Counted from the first letter of the stretch, positions 1 through 9,205 are shown. The stretch: DNA of 24,000 bases from Lachnospiraceae bacterium (GCA_031548165.1 JAVBRI010000008.1:41084-65083), one strand, 5' to 3'. Made by a program: numbers and translations. Notes: generated by a model not told the origin, from the sequence alone.

Positions 1-961
1 ATAGTCTTGCCGTTTTATCCTCTGCTTTTATAGAAAAGAAAATGATAATTATTAGTAAAAATATTAATGGTGCAAAAAATATTGCATTCAAGATATATAA
101 ATTAGTATTTGAGCTATTAAGTCCTAAAATTTCTGAAGTAGGAATAATAAAGGTAGCAAGTATAAATATACATTGTAAAAAATATATAAGACGAATATTC
201 TTTATTTTAGAAAATGAATATCCATTATATTGTTTAAGGATTAACTTGTTACGTAGTGCATAATAAATACAAGCGATAATAGCAACTGTTAAGAGAACCA
301 TATAAGGTAGAAGTAATGAATATGATTCTAAATCAATTACACTATTTGTAAAAACATTATCTCTTGCAAAAATAAATGGCAATGATAAAGTGAAAGCAAC
401 AGTATTCACTGATAAAATGATAAAAAAGTATTTATAGATATTAACTCTTTGTAATTTAAAAATATCCTTATTTTCTTCAGTAAATTCTTCGGAATTTAAC
501 ATTAAGTTTGATTTATTTACTTGTATAACAGAAATAATAATACTTGAAATGATAGTAATTAAGTTTATTCCAAATCCTAATACAGGTAAATAAAAGGCAT
601 ATGATATAGAGTATAGAAGAACTATGCCTACTATAGTAATAAGTAATGAAATATAAAATATATTTTTAAACTTTGTTTCAATGCTGTCTGCGAGCCACTT
701 TAGCTGTTTATCAGCCCTATTAGCCTTAGTGGACGGCATTTCTGATTTTATTATGCGTTCACCAAGTAAAATTTCATCACAAGTTGTTCCAAAAAGTTCT
801 GCTATAGCTGGAATTAATGCAATATCAGGATAACTTTCATCTCTTTCCCATTTACTTACAGTCTTATTTGATACATTTAGTTTGTCAGCAACCTCTTGCT
901 GAGTTAATCCATTGGATTTTCTTAAAACAGCTATGAAACTTCCAATTGTTTTCTTTTCCAT
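1..961 (-). CDS. XRE-family HTH transcriptional regulator with C-terminal membrane domain (partial, runs off left edge)
   Basis: Absent from the ORF track because it is edge-truncated. Reverse strand from ATG at 961 reads MEKKTIGSFIAVLRKSNGLTQQEVADKLNVSNKTVSKWERDESYPDIALIPAIAELFGTTCDEILLGERI..., followed by hydrophobic segments (IFYISLLITIVGIVLLYSISYAFYLPVLGFGINL). Preceded by a GAGGT RBS. Confidence 0.88.
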   Translation of the reverse strand, partial: MEKKTIGSFIAVLRKSNGLTQQEVADKLNVSNKTVSKWERDESYPDIALIPAIAELFGTTCDEILLGERIIKSEMPSTKANRADKQLKWLADSIETKFKNIFYISLLITIVGIVLLYSISYAFYLPVLGFGINLITIISSIIISVIQVNKSNLMLNSEEFTEENKDIFKLQRVNIYKYFFIILSVNTVAFTLSLPFIFARDNVFTNSVIDLESYSLLLPYMVLLTVAIIACIYYALRNKLILKQYNGYSFSKIKNIRLIYFLQCIFILATFIIPTSEILGLNSSNTNLYILNAIFFAPLIFLLIIIIFFSIKAEDKTARL

Positions 962-1164
962 TGTAATACCTCTTTCTATGTTATTTTGTTTGATTTCATT
1001 CTACGAAGTATGGATAGAAAAAGCTACCTACAGGTCGGAGATTTTGTCTCCGATTTGGAGAATTGTGATTTTTCAATCTATTATAACACATAAAAATCAG
1101 AAATAAAATTGATTAATAAATGGAAAGATTATGGTTAACATAAGATTAAAAAGGGAGGTTTGAA

Positions 1165-1722
1165 ATGATAGAGCAATATTTAATAAAGTATTGTGCACCA
1201 ACATTAGCATCAATAAAAACAGCAAGCTTATTTAGTATTGCATATGAAACCGAAGCGCAACTTGATTCATATATAGAAGAATATAATAAAGATTTTAAAA
1301 GAAAAGGTATAAAAATCGTAGCTTTAAAGAAAAGGGGAAGAGCACTAATTTATGTTTATCGAATAAAAAAATTGGAAAAAGATTTGAGCAAAAAGCATAT
1401 TATTGAATTTTTGAAGCAATTGAATTATAGCTTTAACAATGTAGAAGAAGCAATAGAATGTCTAAAAAATCGTATTTCTACATCAGAAAAATTTCCACAC
1501 GAAATAGGTTTGTTTTTAGGATATCCATATGAGGATGTAGTTGGGTTTATAGAGAATAAGGGGAAGAATAGTAAGTGTACAGGGGAGTGGAAAGTTTATT
1601 TTGACGAAAAGGAGGCTATAAAAAAATTTAAGAAGTATGAAAGATGTAAACAAATTTATTGGGAGTTTTGGTGTAATGGTAGAAGTGTATTGCAACTAAC
1701 TGTAGCTGAAAATTACAGCTAA
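1165..1722 (+). CDS. DUF3793-family-like protein
   Basis: 185 aa ORF with an AAGGGAGG RBS. Sequence pattern (MIEQYLIKYCAPTLASIKTASLF..., HEIGLFLGYPYEDVVGFIENKGKNSKCTGEWKVY) resembles the clostridial DUF3793 family. Confidence 0.8.
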   Translation: MIEQYLIKYCAPTLASIKTASLFSIAYETEAQLDSYIEEYNKDFKRKGIKIVALKKRGRALIYVYRIKKLEKDLSKKHIIEFLKQLNYSFNNVEEAIECLKNRISTSEKFPHEIGLFLGYPYEDVVGFIENKGKNSKCTGEWKVYFDEKEAIKKFKKYERCKQIYWEFWCNGRSVLQLTVAENYS

Positions 1723-1757
1723 AAAACCTTGCAGAAAAAATCAACATCTGCAAGGTT
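1722..1757 (-). terminator. Rho-independent terminator for the minus-strand MerR gene (possibly bidirectional)
   Basis: Perfect 11-bp stem AACCTTGCAGA (1725-1735) / TCTGCAAGGTT (1747-1757). On the minus strand the right arm is followed by a T-run (GGTTTTTTAG). Confidence 0.7.
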
Positions 1758-1771
1758 AGTATAAACAATTT

Positions 1772-2719
1772 TTATTTTACAACAATAGGAATGAAAAAAT
1801 CTGTTAAGTGATATCCCATCTTTTCTTTGAATATTTTGGGAGTACAAACATGAGTAAGAGTGTACCTAGTATAAGAGTCATTATTTTTATTAGATTCCTC
1901 AAAACAACCACTATCTTTAATCCACTTTTTAATAGATGCTTTTGTATTATCCATATCTACACCATCACCATCTTTAGCAGAACAAACAGCATATAGTCCG
2001 CCAGGGAAATCAATTACTTTATATCTGCTCGTATTTATGTAGTTTTCAGGTGGAGCAAATAGCCACATCATGCAATCATTTTCTTCGTCAAAGTACATAA
2101 AGTCTCTTGGAGTAATAAAATTTTTTACATCAATCCCATTTATAAATCTATCAAACTCTTCAAACTCCTTCATATCTTTTATTGGTTCTGAGGTTATCAT
2201 TTGCATAGCAGGAAAGTTGATAACCCTAATATCAGAACCTTTATTTAATTTTTCAGTTACCTCTAGTAATCTGTTTACATTTGAGCTGTTTCCATTATAA
2301 TCTACATTTACAATTTGTTGCTCTATATCCTTTGCTTTTTCATAAAGTAATTTAACATCATTTTCTTTATGAAAATCAAAGTCTTTAATCTGCTTTACAA
2401 AATCAAGTACAATTGTTTTTAGCTCGTGAAGTAATGCAACTTCATCATCAATATCGACCACTTTCTGATTAAGAACTTCAAGAACAACGTCTGAATTCTC
2501 GGATTGAAAAATCCTTTTTATATCTTTAATCTTAATATTTAGTTTTCTTAAAATAAGTATTTGTTCTAGACGCTTGATAGCAGTTTCGTCGTATAGTCTG
2601 TAAGCATAATCATCACTTTTAGTGCTTGTAAGAAGCCCCATTTCTTCATAATAAGTTAAAGCTCTTGATGATATATCATATTTTAATGATACCTCACGGA
2701 TTTTAATAAGTTCGTTCAT
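1772..2719 (-). CDS. MerR-family transcriptional regulator with C-terminal GyrI-like/effector-binding domain
   Basis: N-terminus IKIREVSLKYDISSRALTYYEEMGLLTSTKSDDYAYRLYDETAIKRLEQILILRKLNIKIKDI is a MerR wHTH. C-terminal part (FITPRDFMYFDEE..., YTLTHVCTPKIFKEKMGYHLTDFFIPIV) is effector-binding-domain-like. Confidence 0.88.
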   Translation of the reverse strand: MNELIKIREVSLKYDISSRALTYYEEMGLLTSTKSDDYAYRLYDETAIKRLEQILILRKLNIKIKDIKRIFQSENSDVVLEVLNQKVVDIDDEVALLHELKTIVLDFVKQIKDFDFHKENDVKLLYEKAKDIEQQIVNVDYNGNSSNVNRLLEVTEKLNKGSDIRVINFPAMQMITSEPIKDMKEFEEFDRFINGIDVKNFITPRDFMYFDEENDCMMWLFAPPENYINTSRYKVIDFPGGLYAVCSAKDGDGVDMDNTKASIKKWIKDSGCFEESNKNNDSYTRYTLTHVCTPKIFKEKMGYHLTDFFIPIVVK

Positions 2720-2751
2720 TTTTCTTGTTCCTTTCGTGATTTGATAAGATT

Positions 2752-2782
2752 ATGATACAGTACTACGCAACGTAGTAGTCAA
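2752..2782 (-). promoter_or_regulatory. MerR-type autoregulated promoter with elongated spacer and palindromic operator
   Basis: Minus strand: -35 TTGACT (plus 2777-2782), 19-nt spacer (2758-2776), -10 TATCAT (plus 2752-2757). Inverted repeat TACTACG-CAA-CGTAGTA (2761-2777) lies almost entirely in the spacer. Confidence 0.65.
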
Positions 2783-2797
2783 GAACTATCTGATTAT

Positions 2798-3940
2798 TTA
2801 TAATAATAAACTCCAAAACTCTTTAAGTAAAGATAATTCAAGCTCTCTTGATTCATTTAATATATTTATAATTTCTAAATGTGTATTATCAGAAGAATTA
2901 TTTGTTTTATTGAATATCGCAATAATATCTCTGGCATTTTCACATATTTTATTATATCCATCAATTAATCTTGAAACAATATCTTTCTCAAAATCATCAA
3001 TTTCATAAATATATTGTTCTAAGAATTCGCATAAACGCAATTTACTTTCATAATAGATAAAGATATAGGGAAAAAGGGTGTCTAAATCTTTTAAGTGTTT
3101 TTGGTTTGAGAGCATACTATAGCCTGTTTTTAATGCATTTAGGCAAGCTTGATGTAAGTTTAATTTACTTGAAGTAGTTTTTATAATAATTAAATCAACT
3201 TCATTGTTAAACCAATCTGGATATTTATTTAATTTTGTAAAATCGAAAGAAGAATTCTTCTTATCATCACCATCAATAAAGCCTAAACCTCTTAATATTT
3301 TTCCTTCAGAATTAAAACCAGTAGCTAATATAAGTTCAGAATATTCTTTAGGTTCAATGATAACAGGAAAACCATTTTTAATGTTATCTGTTGCTAAGGA
3401 TATAAATTCATTTATAGAATAATCAGCCTTTTTATGGCGTTCATAATCTAAACCATATATAAAAAAACAATCTTTTGAAAGTTCATCAGGTGTATATGAG
3501 TAACCGAAGGCTTGAGTGGATATTACAGATTGCAATGTATATTCTTTATCATCATTAATTTGTCTGTTCATATTATTTAGTCTTGTTTCCAATCCCATAA
3601 ATAATTTCAAAGCAGCAAATAGTGAAGGATAAGCCATACTGTGAGGCCAACTAGAACCTGTATATTTTCCAACTGGCTTATAAGGCATTAATGTAATTTC
3701 GAAATTTTCACTTTTCTTTTTTACAGGAAAATCTCTTGATAATAAAATATAGTCAATAGAACAATCCAGTAATTCAGAAAGCGTTGGCAATAGTATTGTT
3801 TCTGGTAATGTATGCCCATTTTCCCATTTGCTTATGGCTTGAGGACTGACACCAAGCTTTTGGGCTAAATATTCTTGCGTAAAGCCTTTTTCTTTTCGTA
3901 GGAAGGCTATTTGTTTACCAACCTTAATATTATCAAACAT
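2798..3940 (-). CDS. XRE-HTH domain fused to an uncharacterised domain shared with the neighbouring 4101-5279 protein
   Basis: N-terminal HTH: IAFLRKEKGFTQEYLAQKLGVSPQAISKWENGHTLPETILLPTLSELLDCSIDYIL. Remainder matches the neighbour, e.g. WPHSMAYPSLFAALKLFMGLETRLNNMNRQINDDKEY. Confidence 0.85.
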   Translation of the reverse strand: MFDNIKVGKQIAFLRKEKGFTQEYLAQKLGVSPQAISKWENGHTLPETILLPTLSELLDCSIDYILLSRDFPVKKKSENFEITLMPYKPVGKYTGSSWPHSMAYPSLFAALKLFMGLETRLNNMNRQINDDKEYTLQSVISTQAFGYSYTPDELSKDCFFIYGLDYERHKKADYSINEFISLATDNIKNGFPVIIEPKEYSELILATGFNSEGKILRGLGFIDGDDKKNSSFDFTKLNKYPDWFNNEVDLIIIKTTSSKLNLHQACLNALKTGYSMLSNQKHLKDLDTLFPYIFIYYESKLRLCEFLEQYIYEIDDFEKDIVSRLIDGYNKICENARDIIAIFNKTNNSSDNTHLEIINILNESRELELSLLKEFWSLLL

Positions 3941-4055
3941 AATTTATCTCCTTTACAATTCTTTTCTTAATTATAATATTTGATATTCTATTTTTCTATT
4001 CTATTTGGGTTGTATTTTAGATAGGAAAATCAACTTACAGTTAAGTTTATATAAA

Positions 4056-4086
4056 GCAAAACCGTCAACATAATCGACGGTTCTGC
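4056..4086 (-). terminator. Terminator downstream of the 4101-5279 gene
   Basis: 11-bp stem GCAAAACCGTC (4056-4066) / GACGGTTCTGC (4076-4086) with one G-U pair in the minus-strand RNA, followed by a short T-rich stretch. Confidence 0.6.
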
Positions 4087-4100
4087 AATAGAGTTAAAAA

Positions 4101-5279
4101 TTAATCTTTTAACTGTATAGTATTTTCATTTACCCATTCAGCACGTTCTTTTTTTACAAGACCTTTTGCACGACGAAGGTAAGTGGAATTTTTAACAATA
4201 CTGTTTTTATCAATAACAGTAATAACACGAGTATCTCTAGGAGCATATAAACTATCTAAAACACTTTTAATATTATCAGCAGCTTTCTTATCAAGCGTTT
4301 TACAATACTTAGCAATTTCAACTATGGTATCTCTTGTTGAACGAGCTAGTGGTTTAGTCTTACTATGACCATTAACAAGATTGTGAATTTTCCACATATT
4401 GTTATGTATTTCATCAAAAGCATCAGAAGCATCTTTTAGAAAAATGGAATATTCTTCAGCTTCCTTGAAGAAATATATTGTATATGCTCTGCGTTCAGCC
4501 ATATCAAACTTTTCAGGTGAAATATATTTTAAAATGTTAGATTTATAAATACGATCATTATTAAGACGAGAAATCCATTTATCCCACATGTATTCACCGT
4601 ATCCATATTCACCATAAGTTTCATTTGTTTCTGTTAGCATTTCATATGCAATCTTTAAAGTTCGTAAAATAACATCTTTTCTATCAAGAGGTTCGCATAT
4701 TCCATCTATAAATATAACAGCATAAAAACTATCAACCCAATCATGATAAGGTGTGCTGTTAGCACTGATCATAATGCCAGTATGACCATCATGTGTTAAT
4801 AAAGTATCTCCATTGTCCTCATATCCTACAACTAATTTAAGGGGAGAGTAGTTACCACCTTTTTTTCTAATCAGAATGACAGGTAAATCAGATGCTAAGT
4901 GAAGTAATATTTCATCCCTTATAGTATCAGAATTAAGAACTTCATCTTTTATGGCGACACTGTCATCAGCAACTAATCGGAAATTAATTCCTTCTGACAA
5001 AAAGCAATCTTCTAGTGGCTGGGAATTCCATTTACCAAGCATTAAGGATTCTCTCTCATAATGTTGAAAAAGTCCAAAGCCTTCAGTAGATACCGCCATT
5101 TGAAAAAAGTAATCGTAATCATTCATATAACCGTTATATTCAGATACTCTTGATTCAAGTCCTAAAAAAGTTTTAAGAGCACTCATCATAGCAGGAAATG
5201 CCATATTATGAGGGCAATGATTAGCAGGCTGCCTTACTCCGCGTTCAGTAAGCATAAAGCTTTCTGGTATATTATTCAT
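4101..5279 (-). CDS. Uncharacterised protein, possible BtrH_N/C39-like fold; stand-alone paralog of the HTH-fused neighbour
   Basis: 392 aa ORF with RBS (CGGAGGAATTACA ATG). Motif NHCPHNMAFPAMMSALKTFLGLESRVSEYNGYMNDYDYF aligns with the 2798-3940 protein. Confidence 0.85.
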   Translation of the reverse strand: MNNIPESFMLTERGVRQPANHCPHNMAFPAMMSALKTFLGLESRVSEYNGYMNDYDYFFQMAVSTEGFGLFQHYERESLMLGKWNSQPLEDCFLSEGINFRLVADDSVAIKDEVLNSDTIRDEILLHLASDLPVILIRKKGGNYSPLKLVVGYEDNGDTLLTHDGHTGIMISANSTPYHDWVDSFYAVIFIDGICEPLDRKDVILRTLKIAYEMLTETNETYGEYGYGEYMWDKWISRLNNDRIYKSNILKYISPEKFDMAERRAYTIYFFKEAEEYSIFLKDASDAFDEIHNNMWKIHNLVNGHSKTKPLARSTRDTIVEIAKYCKTLDKKAADNIKSVLDSLYAPRDTRVITVIDKNSIVKNSTYLRRAKGLVKKERAEWVNENTIQLKD

Positions 5280-5474
5280 TGTAATTCCTCCGTTAGATTA
5301 AACGGCAAGACACATTTTAATAGAAACCCTGTGTCTGCCGTTATATATACGACAAAGACACTTGAGTCTTTGCATTAAGTCAATTATTAAAATACATACT
5401 CTGTTTGTTTTGATGGGTGCCGTCCCCACAAATGTATATAATAATTATATCTACAAAATGAGAAAAGTCAACTT

Positions 5475-6299
5475 TTATTGTGTAAGTGCAATTCTTGTGC
5501 ATGGTATAACACCTGAAATTAAATCAGATACTCTATGCCTTGAATGTCCGATAATTACAGTAGTACCACATCTTGCGGCTGGAATAATATACTCGAGTTT
5601 TGCTCTAGCGCCTTGTGCACCTGCACGACTTGCACCTACGCATGATTCTTGTAATGCACGAATATTTTCTTCAAGTTCATCGGCAGTAGTACCACTAACA
5701 GATTCAACTAATGTGCTAGGATTTGTTGCATCACGATATATTCCTTCCGCTGAAGTTAAGATAACAAGTGTGTTAGCACCAACTAAATCCGCAATGACAG
5801 CAGCAGTTTCATCATTATCGATACATTCAACTACAGTATCTGTATTTTCACGTAATACAGAAAGTTCTAATTTACGGTTTTCTTCAGCAGAAACAGGGTC
5901 ATTATAGTTTATAATAGATACTGCGCCTTGCTTCGCAGAGCGAAGTAATAATTGTCTTATATGCTCACGTTTAGAAGGGTCATTAAAATGAGTATGTTCA
6001 ACTAAAACTTGTCGAAGAGAGTATTCAGGTCTTATAAATTCTCTATATTGCGACATGAGTATGGCTTGTCCCTGTGCAGCATAATCACTAAGAATATCTT
6101 CTTTTTCACCCTTTAGTTCATTGCCTGTACGTTTAATATAGTCTAAATGACCAATTTCAGTTGCTCCAGAACTGATTAACGCAACACCAGGTTTAAGTTC
6201 AGAGCTTAAGCGAGAGAGTATATTGTAGTCAATATCATTATCTTCTTTACGAATGAGTGCCATTGAGCCAATTTTTATAACGAGGTCTAGTTTATCCAT
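5475..6299 (-). CDS. Amino-acid-kinase family protein, divergent glutamate 5-kinase-like
   Basis: LVIKIGSMAL...; VALISSGATEIGHLD; IINYNDPVSAEENRKLE; IDNDETAAVIADLVGANTLVILTSAEGIYRD; GASRAGAQGARAKLEYIIPAARCGTTVIIG. These correspond to G5K/AAK segments. No PUA domain and no adjacent proA. Confidence 0.8.
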   Translation of the reverse strand: MDKLDLVIKIGSMALIRKEDNDIDYNILSRLSSELKPGVALISSGATEIGHLDYIKRTGNELKGEKEDILSDYAAQGQAILMSQYREFIRPEYSLRQVLVEHTHFNDPSKREHIRQLLLRSAKQGAVSIINYNDPVSAEENRKLELSVLRENTDTVVECIDNDETAAVIADLVGANTLVILTSAEGIYRDATNPSTLVESVSGTTADELEENIRALQESCVGASRAGAQGARAKLEYIIPAARCGTTVIIGHSRHRVSDLISGVIPCTRIALTQ

Positions 6300-6446
6300 G
6301 TAGACACGTCCTTTCCTTTGTTAAATTATTATAATTATATTTGTATTAATAAAAAAGTCAACTGTTTTTAATGACATTTGTTTTTGATTTATATATTGAT
6401 TTTTATATGATAAAATAAAAATATTATTTTTAAGGAGATATAAACA

Positions 6447-7268
6447 ATGGAATTTAAAAATTATGAAACTCTTTCTGCATCAGTTAAAGAGCAAATAAAT
6501 AAAATGGCTAACATATGGGTTGACAGTTTAGGAGATTCATTAATAGGAATATATTTACATGGTTCAATTGCATTAAATTGTTTTGTAGAGGGAAGTAGTG
6601 ATATAGATATTCTTATTGTAAGCGATAGAAAAATATCACGTGATGAAAGACTGGCTATTGCTAAAAGAATAATTGAAATAGATTATAAGCCATCACCGCT
6701 TGAAATGTCTGCAATTTGGATAAATGATTTAAAACCGTGGAAATATCCAACTCCTTGCCAGTTTCATTATAGTGATTATTGGACTGAAAAATATAATAAG
6801 ATGCTAAGTGGTGAAATAAAAGAAAGTTTTATAATTGATGAAGATTTTACAGATGAAGATATAGCATGTCATGTTAACTTAATAAACCAAAGTGGTATCT
6901 GTATATATGGAAAAGAGGTAAAAGATGTTTTTCCTTTGGTTCCTGAAAAAGATTTTTGGAATTCTATATCTTCTGATATAGAAATGGATTTTAATGCACT
7001 AAATCCTAGATATTTTGTTAGTAATATACTTTCTTTAGGCCGAGTTTTATCATATAAGTATGAAAAGAAAATTCTATCAAAATATGATGCTGGAATATGG
7101 ACATTAAACCATGTACCAGAAAGATTTAAATATATTATCGATAATTCTATTAAATCATGGTATTTAGACGAAGGCGATATTGATTTTAAGGAAGAAGATC
7201 TGAATGATTTAAAAGAATTATTGATAAATGAAATACAATCAAATCTCTTCCCAAAAGATATCATTTAA
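6447..7268 (+). CDS. Aminoglycoside nucleotidyltransferase-like protein (AadA/ANT(9)-like)
   Basis: SLIGIYLHGSIALNCFVEGSSDIDILIVSDRKIS matches the nucleotidyltransferase GS...DxD signature. AadA-type C-terminal half (NPRYFVSNILSLGRVLSYKYEKKILSKYDAGIWTLNHVPERF). AAGGAG RBS upstream. Confidence 0.83.
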   Translation: MEFKNYETLSASVKEQINKMANIWVDSLGDSLIGIYLHGSIALNCFVEGSSDIDILIVSDRKISRDERLAIAKRIIEIDYKPSPLEMSAIWINDLKPWKYPTPCQFHYSDYWTEKYNKMLSGEIKESFIIDEDFTDEDIACHVNLINQSGICIYGKEVKDVFPLVPEKDFWNSISSDIEMDFNALNPRYFVSNILSLGRVLSYKYEKKILSKYDAGIWTLNHVPERFKYIIDNSIKSWYLDEGDIDFKEEDLNDLKELLINEIQSNLFPKDII

Positions 7269-7436
7269 GGTTTTGCCTAAAACATTACAAATAGCAATAC
7301 AAAGGTTAATAGTAGGGTTATAATCACCTTTTTCGATAGCATTAATAGTCTGTCTTGATACTCCAACTAAGTCTGCTAGTTGTTGCTGTGATAAGTCTTT
7401 AGCGGCTCTTGCTGATTTTAATTTTAAATTTTTCAT
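7239..7436 (-). CDS. Small XRE-family HTH regulator (65 aa)
   Basis: MKNLKLKSARAAKDLSQQQLADLVGVSRQTINAIEKGDYNPTINLCIAICNVLGKTLNDIFWEEI; classical HTH_3. Confidence 0.9.
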   Translation of the reverse strand: MKNLKLKSARAAKDLSQQQLADLVGVSRQTINAIEKGDYNPTINLCIAICNVLGKTLNDIFWEEI

Positions 7437-7437
7437 A

Positions 7438-7971
7438 CTAATCTTCCTCTGACTTAGTAGAAATCTTTTTAATAACTAAAGCAACAAAGATAACTGCTGT
7501 AAAGAGAAAACAAGGAAGACTTACGCTTTTGTAAGTTAATATACCATCTGATATAAATAATCCATGTTTATAAGCGCTATAAGATGAAAAACCATTTGAC
7601 AATGATATAAGTCCAAATACAAGGATCATCATGTTGATATTATCATTGATTGCAAGGTATGCGTCTTTCCAAATGCAATATACAGCAAAAACACAAACGG
7701 AAATAGCAATACCAAAAACTCCTGATACTAAAGGGTCAGCTAAAGTTTTATCTATAAAAATTGAAAAGCAGCCATATAAAGCATTATAGGCTAAAAGAGT
7801 ATAGAAACCATATGCATATCCTTTACCCTGTATGATTTTTTGTCGTTCATCATATTTATCTATTTTTGTGTTAGAATTTACTTTTTTTTTAATTAAACTA
7901 ATTAGTAAAGTTAATAATATAAAAGTGGCTATAAATATAATAAGTGGAATCATGTTATTTTCTGAGTTCAT
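7438..7971 (-). CDS. Integral membrane protein, partner of the small XRE regulator
   Basis: The ORF in the track starts at 8019, but the ATG at 7971 (MNSENNMIPLIIFIATF...) has a good RBS (AAAGGAGATACATTAAAAATG). Multiple hydrophobic segments. The downstream HTH gene starts 1 nt after the stop. Confidence 0.82.
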   Translation of the reverse strand: MNSENNMIPLIIFIATFILLTLLISLIKKKVNSNTKIDKYDERQKIIQGKGYAYGFYTLLAYNALYGCFSIFIDKTLADPLVSGVFGIAISVCVFAVYCIWKDAYLAINDNINMMILVFGLISLSNGFSSYSAYKHGLFISDGILTYKSVSLPCFLFTAVIFVALVIKKISTKSEED

Positions 7972-8050
7972 TTTTAATGTATCTCCTTTGATATTTATTT
8001 TATAAATTAATAATATCATTTAGCTTACAAAATGTCAAATATAATTTACA

Positions 8051-9109
8051 TTAAGTCGTATAAATCTTATTGCGATAGGCAGCAGGTGTAATACCATAAT
8101 ACTTTTTATATTCTTTTTCAAAGGAGCTACGCTGAACATAACCGATGTGCTCTGCAATTTGCTCTATTGATTGGTTAGTTCCTGAAAGAAGTTTATTTGC
8201 AGTTTTCATTTTGAATTGCCTTAAATACTCTGTAAAAGTCATACCGACATGACTGGAAATAAATGAAGAAAGATATACCTGCGTGTAATGAAAATGCTCA
8301 GCAATTGATTTTAATGAGACAGTAGCATAATTATCACTTATGTAGGATATGATTTGTGCTATTTGAAGCTCATTTTTTCTATCGTGAATAGTATATGAAG
8401 ATTTAAGTGAACGAGATAATTCTATAAGTAATGCTGAAAATAAAATCATCATCATGTCTTTATTATGTTTATCATTATTATAATGTTCTTTAATTATAGA
8501 AAGAAGGTAATATTGGGCGGGACTACCTTCTTTTATTTGAAAATCAAGAGTTTCAGGTCGTTTATTATTTCCATAAATTGAATCAATAAAAAAATCCATA
8601 AACAAGTCATTGTCTGGAAGCATATGGACTAGAGAATTAGAAAATAAATTTTTTCTCACAAGGATGTTTACAAGGATACTGCCATCACTTGGAACAAGAA
8701 CGGCATGCTTAATATTTGTATTAAATATCCATGTAGAGCCTTCTGGTAAAGTGTAATAATTAGAATCAAGCCTACCATAGCAGGTTCCTCTAAGAATAAA
8801 AAATAGCTCAAAGAATTCGTGACTGTGCATATTGGCATTTTGCAAGATATTTATATCTGATGGAACATGACCAAATCTATAGGGAAAGTCAATATAGACC
8901 TTAATATCCTCGCTAGGGTCAAAAACAAAGTCTTCGGTGTATTGCTCTAAATGTGATTTTAATTTATTTGGCTCAAGTAATAATTTGCTTTCTTTGTCCT
9001 GCCATTCTATAATATGTATAGGATTTTGAATTACTTGATCAACAAGTTGATTTACTTCATCTTTTAACATGGCTTTTACTCCTGTTTTTGTAATATTAAA
9101 ATTGAACAT
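8051..9109 (-). CDS. AraC-family transcriptional regulator with N-terminal cupin-like domain
   Basis: C-terminal AraC DBD: VSLKSIAEHFHYTQVYLSSFISSHVGMTFTEYLRQFKMKTANKLLSGTNQSIEQIAEHIGYVQRSSFEKEYKKYYGITPAAYRN. N-terminus HSHEFFELFFILRGTCYGRLDSNYYTLPEGSTWIF. Confidence 0.93.
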   Translation of the reverse strand: MFNFNITKTGVKAMLKDEVNQLVDQVIQNPIHIIEWQDKESKLLLEPNKLKSHLEQYTEDFVFDPSEDIKVYIDFPYRFGHVPSDINILQNANMHSHEFFELFFILRGTCYGRLDSNYYTLPEGSTWIFNTNIKHAVLVPSDGSILVNILVRKNLFSNSLVHMLPDNDLFMDFFIDSIYGNNKRPETLDFQIKEGSPAQYYLLSIIKEHYNNDKHNKDMMMILFSALLIELSRSLKSSYTIHDRKNELQIAQIISYISDNYATVSLKSIAEHFHYTQVYLSSFISSHVGMTFTEYLRQFKMKTANKLLSGTNQSIEQIAEHIGYVQRSSFEKEYKKYYGITPAAYRNKIYTT

Positions 9110-9205
9110 AAAACTAAGTACCTTAAGACATATATTAACGTAAATATGTATGTTATCATCTTATCATAGGACATAGGTAAAGTCAATTTTATAGGAGGTA
9201 ACGAT

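Noticed and set aside
912-1106. + strand 64 aa ORF (and 42..263)
   Set aside because: The first overlaps the 5' end of the edge-truncated XRE-membrane gene on the minus strand; 42..263 lies inside it. Both look spurious.
5362-5907. + strand ORF of 181 aa
   Set aside because: Antisense to the clear amino-acid-kinase CDS (5475-6299, minus). No RBS or recognisable protein features.
6869-7264. - strand ORF of 131 aa
   Set aside because: Antisense shadow of the nucleotidyltransferase gene.
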